The notes: generated by a model from the letters alone, not told the origin. Positions 27,779 through 36,320 are shown, counted from the first letter of the stretch. The stretch: 64,000 bases of DNA from an uncultured Opitutales bacterium (GCA_964561455.1 CAZLPS010000008.1:23307-87306); one strand, 5' to 3'. Numbers and translations: made by a program.

Positions 27779-28933
27779 ATGACTCCTCCCCCTCAACTCC
27801 GCTCCGTCCTCACCGGTCTTTCCGGCAACGAAATGTTCTGCTTGCGCCAAAAGGGTTTTTCGCCCGGCGACATCGTCGTCGGCAACAGTGTTCACTCGAT
27901 GGGCTTCCTGGGCGGCCTCGGCGCCGGCCTGCAACGCGCTTTTGGCGGCGAGGTCACGCAAGTCACCGACATCATTCATGAGGGCCGCCAGGCTTCGTAT
28001 GCCCGCATGGCCAAAGAAGCGCAAGACCGCGGCGGCGTGGGAATTGTCGGCGTCACGAGCGAATTAAAGCACATGCGCGGCAATATCGAATTTCTCTCCG
28101 TCGGTTCCTGCGTCCATACGACGGATGGCGGCCCTGAACAAATGGCCTTTACCTCCGATTGCGACGGCCAGGAACTCTATTGCCTCATGGACGCCGGCTA
28201 CACCCCGGTGAAATTTGTCTTCGGCAATGTCGCCTACTCAATCGGCATCGGCGGCGGTTTGATGGGCGGCTTCAAAAGCCTCTCCCGCGGTGAAATTCGC
28301 GAATACAGCGACGTCTTCAATGCCACCCGCCACCTCGCCCTCGACCGCATCATGAAGGAAGCGCAGGCCGCCGGCGCCAATGCGGTGCTTGCGATTGAAA
28401 CGCGCATCATGCCCTTCCAGGGCGTCCACGAAATGCTCATGATGGGCACGGCCGCCCGCCATCCCGCCCTGCCCGACAATCTCCTCCGCGGCCAGCCGGT
28501 GACCAGCGACTTGACCGCTGAAGAATTGTGGAATCTCGCCAACATGGGCTACGCGCCCTTGAAGCTCGTGCTCGGCACGGCCGTCTATTCGCTCGGCGTC
28601 GTCGGCGGCATTATGGCCGCCTTGAAATCTTTTGTGCGCGGCGAAATTAGCGATTTAACCTCCTTAATCTACGACGCCCGCGAACACGCCCTCGGCCTCC
28701 TCAAACGCGAAGCCGAAGCGCTCGGCGCGGACGACGTCGTCGGCATCCGCACCCACGTTCACGAATTCCAGGGCCTCCTCGAATTCATGGCCATCGGCAC
28801 CGCGGTAAAGCGCTTGCCCGGCATTGGCACCGTCAGCCCAACCCTCCCCGCCCAAGCCATCATCCGCGACCGCGAAACCTGGATCAGCGACGACGACTTG
28901 TTCAACGTGCGGGTGGATGATCAGGGGAAGTGA
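27779..28933 (+). CDS. triple YbjQ/UPF0145 (putative heavy-metal-binding) domain fusion protein
   Basis: Three consecutive roughly 110-125-aa units each carry the YbjQ pattern. Examples are ...GGEVTQVTDIIHEGRQASYARMAKEAQDRGGVGIVGV...SVGSCV, ...RGEIREYSDVFNATRHLALDRIMKEAQAAGANAVLAIE...MMGTA, and ...RGEISDLTSLIYDAREHALGLLKREAEALGADDVVGIR...AIGTAV. Confidence 0.75.
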   Translation: MTPPPQLRSVLTGLSGNEMFCLRQKGFSPGDIVVGNSVHSMGFLGGLGAGLQRAFGGEVTQVTDIIHEGRQASYARMAKEAQDRGGVGIVGVTSELKHMRGNIEFLSVGSCVHTTDGGPEQMAFTSDCDGQELYCLMDAGYTPVKFVFGNVAYSIGIGGGLMGGFKSLSRGEIREYSDVFNATRHLALDRIMKEAQAAGANAVLAIETRIMPFQGVHEMLMMGTAARHPALPDNLLRGQPVTSDLTAEELWNLANMGYAPLKLVLGTAVYSLGVVGGIMAALKSFVRGEISDLTSLIYDAREHALGLLKREAEALGADDVVGIRTHVHEFQGLLEFMAIGTAVKRLPGIGTVSPTLPAQAIIRDRETWISDDDLFNVRVDDQGK

Positions 28934-28935
28934 GC

Positions 28936-29187
28936 ATGAGGCAATGTCGCAATTGGAAAAATAAGAAACGTCCCGGTGTCCACCTGAAAGCAGCCGCCCA
29001 TTCCTCGCGACCCGAAGACGTGCAAAACTTTTTTGCCGTGGAATTGCCCAAACTTCCCGGCTGCATGGCGCATGGGCGCACCCGGCGGGATGCTGTGCGC
29101 AACGCCGAGCGGGCGATTGCCGCGTGGGTGCCGACCGCCAAGGAGGACGGCGCGGAAATTCCCTTGCCTCGGGGCAAATTGATGTAA
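28936..29187 (+). CDS. HicB-like (UPF0150) antitoxin-domain protein, orphan
   Basis: ...FFAVELPKLPGCMAHGRTRRDAVRNAERAIAAWVPTAKEDGAEIPLPRGKL matches the HicB-family core (PdLPGC..G.T.eEa..n..eAi..w.e...e.G..iP.P). No hicA-like ORF is adjacent. GTG 28930 is an alternative start that overlaps the upstream stop. Confidence 0.55.
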   Translation: MRQCRNWKNKKRPGVHLKAAAHSSRPEDVQNFFAVELPKLPGCMAHGRTRRDAVRNAERAIAAWVPTAKEDGAEIPLPRGKLM

Positions 29188-29197
29188 GCTTGAACGT

Positions 29198-29839
29198 ATG
29201 CCATTACCCCACTGGCCGGAACTCCGGCAAATATCCCGTTCCCTTGTGCCTCTGGCCGCGCTGGCCTTTCTCGCCGGCTGCGCCGGCCCCGGCTTCCCCG
29301 ACCTCGGCTACACGAGTCTGTTCAACGGCAAAGATCTTACGGGCTGGCAGTATAAGCCCGGAGCAAACGTAATCGCCGGGGTGTTTGACGGCAAAACGGC
29401 GAGCAATGATGCGCGGTACACCATCGAGCAGGGCATCCTGACCACCCATGAGCGCGACCGCAGCCCGGCCGCGAACCAACCCATCCGCCAGCTTTACACC
29501 GTCCAAAAATTTACCGGCGATTTCATCCTCCGGCTGCAATTTCGCGCCGGGGTGAAGGCCGACAGCGGCATCTTTATCGGCACGAAACAATTGCAGTGCC
29601 GCGACTACAGCACCGTGGGGCCGTACACCAAATTGCAGCTCTACAAACCGCAGGACTGGAACCAGATTGAGATTGTCGTCCACGGCAACGCCGCGCGGTG
29701 CACCAACAACGGGGAAGTCCTGGAAGAAGCCATGCCCATTCCCGCCGGGGTGCGCGACATCGGGCTCGAGGCCGACGCCGGGGTGTTGGAATACCGCAAT
29801 ATTGAAATCAAGCTCCTGCCCCCGGAAACACCGGGCTGA
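29198..29839 (+). CDS. DUF1080 (3-keto-disaccharide hydrolase-like) family lipoprotein
   Basis: Lipobox LAFLAGC. LFNGKDLTGWQ near the N-terminus and YRNIEIKLL at the C-terminus are the typical DUF1080 signature ends. Confidence 0.75.
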   Translation: MPLPHWPELRQISRSLVPLAALAFLAGCAGPGFPDLGYTSLFNGKDLTGWQYKPGANVIAGVFDGKTASNDARYTIEQGILTTHERDRSPAANQPIRQLYTVQKFTGDFILRLQFRAGVKADSGIFIGTKQLQCRDYSTVGPYTKLQLYKPQDWNQIEIVVHGNAARCTNNGEVLEEAMPIPAGVRDIGLEADAGVLEYRNIEIKLLPPETPG

Positions 29840-31514
29840 CTTCCAGCGTCTGGCCCGGGCGGAGAATAATGGGATCGCCGTCGGCCGGAACTTCGTCGTT
29901 CTTGAAAATTCGCAACGTGATGGATTCTTTGCCCACGCTCGGTGCGACCCAGCGCCACTGGCCGATTTCCACAAATTCCATGGGCACACCCTTGTCCGGA
30001 TTTAATCCGGGGCCGGCGCCGCGAACAAAGGGCTTGTTGCCAATGCCAATAAGCACATTGGCCGTCAGTGAACAGGCATTGAGCGGATTGCGGCTCGCGC
30101 GCTTGCGGCGGATGGTGTCGGCTTCGCGCGCCAGCAACTCGCCCTGCGTTGGGCCGGCAACCGGCGCGGCAGTGCCAGGCTCGTCCGCGCGCGGCGGCGA
30201 AAAGACGATCGGCGTGTTCTTTTTAATTTCTTCATCCTCCTCCCCCCGCAGGGCGAGCGCCTTGGCCCGCGCATTGCGGCGCAACTCCGAGGCCGTTTCG
30301 CCTTCTGTTGGCAATTCCATGGCGGGACTGGCCGACGTGATTTCAGCCGCTGCGGTAACGGGTGCCTCCACCGGCAGCGGCGCATCCGGCGGCTCCGCCC
30401 GGTCGGTGAGTGAGATCGGCGCGGGTACCGGCGGTTCAATATCCACTTGCGCTGTAACCGGGGTCTCTGGCAGCGGATGCCTGGTTTTGCGCGGGCGACG
30501 GGCGCGAGCCATGATAATTCCGGCCACCGCCGGGGTTTCGCTGCTGGACCGGGTTTGGGCAAAGGCCCGATCCATCATGCGGGTGGATTCCACCGGCGCG
30601 CGTTCGACGGCGGGAGCCTCCACCGGTTCGGGCGCGGGCGCGAGCGCCTTGGCTTCTTCCAAGATCGGCGCCTCCGGCTGGCTCGCGTCCACGGTTGGGC
30701 TCGAAGCCAGGAACGTTGCTTCAGCCGCAGCAGACTCCCCCACTCCCGCTGCCACCAAGACTGGCTCTGCCACGACGACGGGCGCGGCCGCCACCGGCTC
30801 AGGCATGGGAACTTCGGCGCGGACGGGCGCGGGCTGGCGGATGCGAATCCTCTCGGGTTGGGGCGAAGCCACCGCCACGGGTGCGGGCCGGTCCGCGAGC
30901 GTTTGCACATGGGCCGCCAGGCGGCCAAGGGTTTCCTCCAGCACGGCGATCTTAATTTCCGCGGATTTAAATTTTTCCGCCTGATCTTTGCGCAGGCGCT
31001 CCAATTCGCGCTGGGCGGACTGGGCTTCGGCCGCCGCGGCCGTCTGGCGGTTGGTCGCCGCCTCCCGCAAATCCGTTACCACCGCTTCGAGGTTCTTGTG
31101 AATTTCGACCAACGGCGCAAAGCGGGCGTCAAACCGGCGCGCGGAATTTTCCAGCGCGGCATTGGCGCGGGCCGCGTGCTCGACGGCTTCCGCGGCGGCG
31201 CGGGACTGGCGGCGCCAGTCATTCTCGCCACCGGCGGCCGGCAATTCACCTGCCGTTTCGTTGCCGGGCGCAGAACGGCCCGGACGGAACGGCCACGCTT
31301 CAATGGCAAACGGCGTAATCGAGAAAATTGCGCCGAGCGCCACCGCACCGAGACAAAACATCATTTGGCCGACAGTCAGCGTCACCGCAGTGGTCCAAAT
31401 CGCCACCGCTACCAGCACCAAGACGATGTTGCCGGTTATAAATGGCCATTTGGGAACGGAGGGACGGGTGGAGGGAGCGGAAGAAGATGAATTTTGATCG
31501 AATACGGAGAGCAT
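29808..31514 (-). CDS. membrane-anchored coiled-coil / Pro-Ala-Glu-rich protein with compact C-terminal domain, unknown function
   Basis: ATG 31514 gives MLSVFDQNSSS.... This is followed by two or three hydrophobic helices (WPFITGNIVLVLVAVAIWTTAV..., MMFCLGAVALGAIFSITPFAI). Then come a helical segment (AAAEAVEHAARANAALENSARRFD...ELERLRKDQAEKFKSAEIKIAVLEE), a long P/A/E/V-rich linker, and a C-terminal roughly 100 aa (...LIGIGNKPFVRGAGPGLNPDKGVPMEFVEIGQWRWV...). The listed 62-aa N-terminal extension (to 31700) is Arg-rich and contains the terminator of the upstream gene. Confidence 0.6.
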   Translation of the reverse strand: MLSVFDQNSSSSAPSTRPSVPKWPFITGNIVLVLVAVAIWTTAVTLTVGQMMFCLGAVALGAIFSITPFAIEAWPFRPGRSAPGNETAGELPAAGGENDWRRQSRAAAEAVEHAARANAALENSARRFDARFAPLVEIHKNLEAVVTDLREAATNRQTAAAAEAQSAQRELERLRKDQAEKFKSAEIKIAVLEETLGRLAAHVQTLADRPAPVAVASPQPERIRIRQPAPVRAEVPMPEPVAAAPVVVAEPVLVAAGVGESAAAEATFLASSPTVDASQPEAPILEEAKALAPAPEPVEAPAVERAPVESTRMMDRAFAQTRSSSETPAVAGIIMARARRPRKTRHPLPETPVTAQVDIEPPVPAPISLTDRAEPPDAPLPVEAPVTAAAEITSASPAMELPTEGETASELRRNARAKALALRGEEDEEIKKNTPIVFSPPRADEPGTAAPVAGPTQGELLAREADTIRRKRASRNPLNACSLTANVLIGIGNKPFVRGAGPGLNPDKGVPMEFVEIGQWRWVAPSVGKESITLRIFKNDEVPADGDPIILRPGQTLEVSPVFPGAGA

Positions 31515-31653
31515 GGGGCGAAGTGGGCGGCGTCTTACAGCGCGAAGAGCCGCCCTACAGGCGAGGATAACAACGCGCGCGCAACGCACAAGCCAGAAAA
31601 TTATAGCGGCGCAATGCGGCGTCCGCACCCCTTGCTCCGGGCCCAAGCTGGAT

Positions 31654-31687
31654 AAAAAACCACGGCGCGGCTGGCGCCGCGCCGTGG
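31654..31687 (-). terminator. Rho-independent terminator of 31716..32546(-)
   Basis: Perfect 12-bp stem ccacggcgcggc (31660-31671) / gccgcgccgtgg (31676-31687) with a 4-nt loop. On the minus strand it is followed by T6 (A-run 31654-31659 on +). It lies about 30 nt after the stop codon. Confidence 0.75.
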
Positions 31688-31715
31688 GCAAAAAACTCAC
31701 CCATTCGGTGGCGGA

Positions 31716-32546
31716 TCAACCACCGGGATGGGATTTCATATAGGCGTCGTATTTGTCCTTTTCGTCGGTTGAAGTCTTCTTGAGCACTTTGCCGTTGTAT
31801 TTTATCTCGATGTAGTAACCCTCCAGCGTGGTAACGGAAGAGGACGAAGTGTTTCCGGCGCTTCCGCCCGAGGAACCACCTACTGTCCGGCCACCACCGC
31901 CACCACCACCGCGAATCACGCTACCCCCACCACTGTTGACGACCGTCATTTGTTGCCCGCCTGACTGACCGTAGTTGCTTTGGCCACCGCCGGAAGACGT
32001 TGACGAGGAAGTTGAGACGGATTTCACCACGGTGTCGGAGTTGATGACTTTCTTTTCGTTAGGGGCAAGCGAATCCACTGTTTCGGAGCCGGTGATCTCT
32101 TTCATGGTAATTTCCGACTTATTGCCTACCAACGTGCTGGTGTGAGTGTAAACATGCCAGTCCACCTCAAAACCTTCAGTTGCAACCTTCTGGTCATTAT
32201 TCCGGAGGGTGATTTCAACATAGGTTTTGGCTTGGGAGGAGCTGGATGACGTGGAGTTGGAACTTCCCCCGGGAGTTCTCCCGCCGGACTGTCCACCACC
32301 CGCCCGACCGTTTTGATTGCCCGTCGTGGAGCCGCCCCTTCCGCTGCCCGTGCCGGCCGAGGGCGAGGTCGAGCTTACCGTTGGCTCACCCTCAATAATC
32401 TTGGCCGACAGGCCCAAGTTCGGCGGAGTCGGTGGTGGCGGCGTTGCCGCGAACGCGGCACCCAAAGTCATGGCGCCAATGGCGAGCAACGCGCACGTCG
32501 CGCCAAACAGGGAACGAAAATCAGACGGGGTTGGGGGGTATTTCAT
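31716..32546 (-). CDS. secreted Gly/Ser-rich protein, unknown function
   Basis: ATG 32546 gives MKYPPTPSDFRSLFGATCALLAIGAMTLGAAFA (signal-like). Long G/S/T low-complexity tracts are separated by two ordered segments (KTYVEITLRNNDQKVATEGFEVDWHVYTH..., TTLEGYYIEIKYNGKVLKK...). The gene has its own terminator. GC is lower than its surroundings (29/60 in line 32041). Confidence 0.55.
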   Translation of the reverse strand: MKYPPTPSDFRSLFGATCALLAIGAMTLGAAFAATPPPPTPPNLGLSAKIIEGEPTVSSTSPSAGTGSGRGGSTTGNQNGRAGGGQSGGRTPGGSSNSTSSSSSQAKTYVEITLRNNDQKVATEGFEVDWHVYTHTSTLVGNKSEITMKEITGSETVDSLAPNEKKVINSDTVVKSVSTSSSTSSGGGQSNYGQSGGQQMTVVNSGGGSVIRGGGGGGGRTVGGSSGGSAGNTSSSSVTTLEGYYIEIKYNGKVLKKTSTDEKDKYDAYMKSHPGG

Positions 32547-32858
32547 GACTAGAATAAGATTGTGTGATGGGGGATTGTGAGGACTCGTTGATTTTGACAT
32601 AATTATTTTGCTAAGGTAAAGCTCTTTCTACAGCGATTTTTAACTCTTTTTTTTTGCCGCCCCAGCCAGCTTTTCTCGGCGCATTGGCCCACTTTCGGGC
32701 TGAATAAGTTCCAAAAACGCCGCCCGGGGCCCGCATCCCCATCTCCTGCGCCGAGCCCCGCCAGCATACCGATAAATATAGGCTTGCCTCCGGGACCTGA
32801 TTCTTTACCTTGGTAAGCTTTTCTCCATAGCAGACACCATTCGACGACTCCCTGTTCC

Positions 32859-33245
32859 ATGCCTACCATCAATCAGCTCGTCCGGCACCCCCGGCGCGCC
32901 CCGCGCTTTAAGTCCAAGGCTCCCGCCCTGGCGGGCAACCCGTTTAAACGCGGGGTCTGCGTGCAGGTCATGACCCGCACGCCCAAAAAACCGAATTCTG
33001 CCATTCGCAAGGTTGCCAAGGTGCGCCTGACCAACGGCTACGAAGTCATTGCCTACATTCCCGACGAAGGCCATAACTTGCAGGAACACAGCGTGGTGCT
33101 CGTCCGTGGCGGCCGTGTCAAAGACCTTCCCGGTGTCCGTTACCATATCGTGCGCGGTCCGCTCGACTGCGTGGGCGTGGAGAAGCGCCGCCGCAGCCGC
33201 TCCAAGTACGGTGTCAAACGCCCGAAGGAAAAGAAGGCCGCGTAA
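32859..33245 (+). CDS. rpsL: 30S ribosomal protein S12
   Basis: [13 protein letters not shown]...[58 protein letters not shown] is unmistakably S12. Confidence 0.98.
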   Translation: MPTINQLVRHPRRAPRFKSKAPALAGNPFKRGVCVQVMTRTPKKPNSAIRKVAKVRLTNGYEVIAYIPDEGHNLQEHSVVLVRGGRVKDLPGVRYHIVRGPLDCVGVEKRRRSRSKYGVKRPKEKKAA

Positions 33246-33347
33246 TTCCAGGATCAAAGAAGCAAAGGATCCGAGGATCAAAGGGGGCCAAACCGCCCTT
33301 CCCGTCTTCAAATCTCACTCCCGGTCCCAAACTGTTTTGTTTCTGAC

Positions 33348-33387
33348 TTCTTAATTCTTAAATCTTAATTCTTAATTCCCAAATCCC
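33348..33387 (+). repeat. tandem heptamer array (TTCTTAA)(TTCTTAA)(ATCTTAA)(TTCTTAA)(TTCCCAA)ATCCC abutting the ATG of rpsG
   Basis: Over its first 33 nt it differs from the array at 27744-27776 at only 2 positions. A TCAAATCTCA copy lies 40 nt upstream (33308), echoing the arrangement at 27645. Confidence 0.95.
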
Positions 33388-33861
33388 ATGTCCCGCCGCC
33401 GCCGAGCAGTCAAACGTGAACGCGCCATTGATCCGCGTTACAACAGCCCATTGGTCACCCATTTGGTCAGCACCATCATGCGCGGCGGCAAAAAGACCGT
33501 CGCCCAGCGCGTGGTTTATGGCGCTTTTGAAAAGGTCAGCGAGAAGCTCGAAAAGGGCGATCCGGTGGATCTCCTCATGGGCGCGATGGAAAACGTCCGC
33601 CCGAAACTTGAAGTGAAGAGCCGACGTGTGGGCGGCGCCACCTACCAGGTGCCTGTCGAAATCTCGTTTGAGCGCCAGCAGAGCCTTGCCTTTCGCTGGC
33701 TCGTCGAGGCCGCCCAAGGCCGCAAGGGCATGCCCATGCGTGAAGCCCTCGCCGCTGAAATCGTGGATGCCTACAACAACACCGGCACCGTCGTGAAAAA
33801 GCGCGAAGACGCCCACCGCATGGCCCAAGCCAACCGGGCGTTTGCCCATTTGCGCTGGTAA
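33388..33861 (+). CDS. rpsG: 30S ribosomal protein S7
   Basis: [40 protein letters not shown]...[18 protein letters not shown]...AFAHLRW is the S7 signature. Confidence 0.98.
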   Translation: MSRRRRAVKRERAIDPRYNSPLVTHLVSTIMRGGKKTVAQRVVYGAFEKVSEKLEKGDPVDLLMGAMENVRPKLEVKSRRVGGATYQVPVEISFERQQSLAFRWLVEAAQGRKGMPMREALAAEIVDAYNNTGTVVKKREDAHRMAQANRAFAHLRW

Positions 33862-33880
33862 TGCTTCGCTGAGGCCAGAT

Positions 33881-33912
33881 TATTGTTATACTGCTGTATT
33901 GTTATATTGTTA
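33881..33912. repeat. tandem octamer array TATTGTTA / TACTGCTG / TATTGTTA / TATTGTTA in the rpsG-fusA spacer
   Basis: Read directly from the sequence. An inverted copy (TAACAATA within atacaacaatttaacaata, 33944-33962) lies downstream. Confidence 0.9.
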
Positions 33913-34020
33913 GGCAGCCCAACGGCGGAGTCGTCCCGCACCCATACAACAATTTAACAATAGGGCCGTCATCCCGGCACGAGAACCCCAAGTCTTAAAA
34001 CACCAAACAACTTTCCCGCC

Positions 34021-36201
34021 ATGTCCGCACCCGCACCCGCCACCGCCCTGCCTGCCCTTTCGCCCGCCAATTCGCCGACGCGCCGCTTCCCCTTGGAATA
34101 CACGCGCAACATCGGCATCGCCGCCCACATTGACGCCGGCAAGACGACTACCACCGAGCGCGTGCTCTTCTATGCAGGCGTCATTCACAAGATGGGTGAC
34201 GTACATGACGGCAACACCGTGACCGACTGGATGGAGCAGGAGCGCGAGCGCGGCATCACCATCACGGCTGCCGCCATTTCCGCCGGCTGGACGACCAAGG
34301 AAGGCCCTTATGTCGGGATCGCCCACACCATCAACATCATTGACACCCCCGGCCACGTGGACTTCACGGCCGAGGTCGAACGCTCCCTCCGCGTGCTCGA
34401 CGGCGCAATCGCCGTGTTCTGCGCCGTCGCCGGCGTGCAGCCCCAGTCCGAGACGGTCTGGCGCCAGATGAACAAGTACCGCGTCTGCCGCGTCGCCTAC
34501 GTCAATAAGATGGACCGCACGGGCGCTAATTTCTTCAAAGCGCTTGACGACATCCGCACCAAGCTGCGCGGCAATGCCCACCCGCTGTACATTCCCTACG
34601 GCGCGGCCGACACATTCAACGGCGTCATTGACCTGGTGAAAATGGTCCTCTGCGAATACGACCCGACCGACGTGAGCGGCGTGCGCTACTTCGAAAAACC
34701 CATTCCCGAAAGCCACCTGGCCGAAGCGAAGCTGTGGCGCGACAAGCTCATCGAAGGCCTCGCCGACTTCGATGACGCCCTCGCGGAAAAATTCCTCGAC
34801 GGCAAGGACGTCAGCATTGACGAGCTCCGCAGCGTCATCCGCAAGGCCACCCTCACGGAAAACTTCGTCGGGGTCATTCCTGGCAGCGCACTGAAGAACA
34901 AGGGCGTGCAAATGGTGCTCGACGCCGTCGTCAACTACCTGCCCAATCCGATCGAAGCCCGCCCGATGATTGCCCACCGGGACGACGAAACCACCACGGA
35001 AATCGTTCCCGACGACAAACACAAGGCCATCGGGCTCGTCTTCAAATTATGGACCGACCAGTTCGTCGGCCGCCTGGTCTTCTTCCGTCTTTACGCCGGC
35101 ACGCTCAAGAAGGGCGACACCATGTACAATCCGCGCACCCGCCGCACGGAACGCATTTCGCGCCTCCTCTTCATGAAGGCTGATGAACGCCTCGACGTCG
35201 ACGCCATTTACTCCGGCGACATTTGCGCCATTGTCGGCGCCAAGGACGTCGTGACGGGTGATACGCTCTGCAATGAAGATCTTGATCTGCGCCTCGAGCC
35301 GCCCACCTTCCCTGAGCCCGTCATTTCGATGTCCATTGAGCCGAAGACCAAGGCCGACCAGGAGAAGCTCTCCATTGGCCTGCAGCGCCTTGCCTCGGAG
35401 GATCCGACCTTCCGCCTCACCTCCAATCCCGAAACCGGCCAGACGATCATCGCCGGCATGGGTGAGTTGCACTTGGAAATCATCCGCGACCGTCTCTTCC
35501 GCGAATTCAAGGTTGAAGCCGATGCCGGCCGCCCGCAAATCGCTTATCGCGAAACGATCACCAAGTCCTCCAAGGGCGTGGGTAAATTCATCCGCCAATC
35601 CGGCGGCAAGGGCCAGTACGGCCACGCCGAAATCGTCCTTTCGCCCAACGGCAAGGGGAAGGGCAACGAAGTCATCAATGAAATCGTCGGCGGCACCATC
35701 CCGAAGGAATTCATCAAGCCCACCATCGAGGGTTTCCACGAAGCCGCCAACAATGGCGTCGTCGCCGGCTACCCGGTGATCGACTTCAAGGTGCAGCTCG
35801 TCTTTGGCTCCTTCCACGAAGTGGACTCCAATGAAATGGCGTTCAAGATGGCCGGCATTTTTGCGTTCAAGGACGCGATGAAGAACTGCGCGCCCATTTT
35901 GCTGGAGCCGATCATGAAGGTCGAAGTCGTCACCCCGGAAGAATACCAGGGTGACATCATGGGCGACCTCAACCGCCGCCGTGGCCAGATTCAGGGCATG
36001 GAGACCAAGAACGGTCTCGTGTACATTGCCGCGAACGTGCCGCTGGAAACGATGTTCGGCTATTCGACGGACGTGCGCTCCCTCTCGAAAGGCCGCGCCT
36101 CCTACTCGATGGAGCCGTCGCACTTCGAGCAGGTGCCCGCCAGCCTGCTGACCAAAATCGTCGAAGCCAACGCCTCCCGCGGCGCCGCGCGCACCATCTA
36201 A
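34021..36201 (+). CDS. fusA: translation elongation factor G
   Basis: RNIGIAAHIDAGKTTTTERVLFY (G1 motif), DTPGHVDF (G3) and NKMDR (G4). At 726 aa it has full EF-G length, with a roughly 20-aa Ala/Pro-rich N-terminal extension. Confidence 0.97.
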   Translation: MSAPAPATALPALSPANSPTRRFPLEYTRNIGIAAHIDAGKTTTTERVLFYAGVIHKMGDVHDGNTVTDWMEQERERGITITAAAISAGWTTKEGPYVGIAHTINIIDTPGHVDFTAEVERSLRVLDGAIAVFCAVAGVQPQSETVWRQMNKYRVCRVAYVNKMDRTGANFFKALDDIRTKLRGNAHPLYIPYGAADTFNGVIDLVKMVLCEYDPTDVSGVRYFEKPIPESHLAEAKLWRDKLIEGLADFDDALAEKFLDGKDVSIDELRSVIRKATLTENFVGVIPGSALKNKGVQMVLDAVVNYLPNPIEARPMIAHRDDETTTEIVPDDKHKAIGLVFKLWTDQFVGRLVFFRLYAGTLKKGDTMYNPRTRRTERISRLLFMKADERLDVDAIYSGDICAIVGAKDVVTGDTLCNEDLDLRLEPPTFPEPVISMSIEPKTKADQEKLSIGLQRLASEDPTFRLTSNPETGQTIIAGMGELHLEIIRDRLFREFKVEADAGRPQIAYRETITKSSKGVGKFIRQSGGKGQYGHAEIVLSPNGKGKGNEVINEIVGGTIPKEFIKPTIEGFHEAANNGVVAGYPVIDFKVQLVFGSFHEVDSNEMAFKMAGIFAFKDAMKNCAPILLEPIMKVEVVTPEEYQGDIMGDLNRRRGQIQGMETKNGLVYIAANVPLETMFGYSTDVRSLSKGRASYSMEPSHFEQVPASLLTKIVEANASRGAARTI

Positions 36202-36204
36202 AGC

Positions 36205-36232
36205 GATTTATGATTTAAGAATTATGATTTCG
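36205..36232. repeat. degenerate heptamer array GATTTAT GATTTAA GAATTAT GATTTCG just after the fusA stop
   Basis: Read directly from the sequence. Confidence 0.85.
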
Positions 36233-36292
36233 GAAGCATTTCCGCCATCAAAATTCTCCTTGCGCATTTCCGCGTCTTTGCCACTCTTAACC

Positions 36293-36320
36293 AAGAACTA
36301 AAAACTAGAAACTAAAGCAC
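36293..36320. repeat. degenerate heptamer array AAGAACT AAAAACT AGAAACT AAAGCAC upstream of rpsJ
   Basis: Read directly from the sequence. Confidence 0.85.

Noticed and set aside
29808-29839. 32-nt convergent overlap between the DUF1080 gene and the Pro-rich membrane protein gene as a possible antisense regulatory device.
   Set aside because: Short 3'-3' overlaps are common in compact genomes, and nothing in the sequence indicates a specific function.
33910-36123. Minus-strand ORFs of 370 aa and 358 aa opposite fusA. Also 42326..43354 and 43302..44441 opposite trpD/glmM, 54094..55317 opposite the LOG gene, and 55922..56953 opposite the transposase.
   Set aside because: All are antisense to confidently identified conserved genes and are compositional artefacts.
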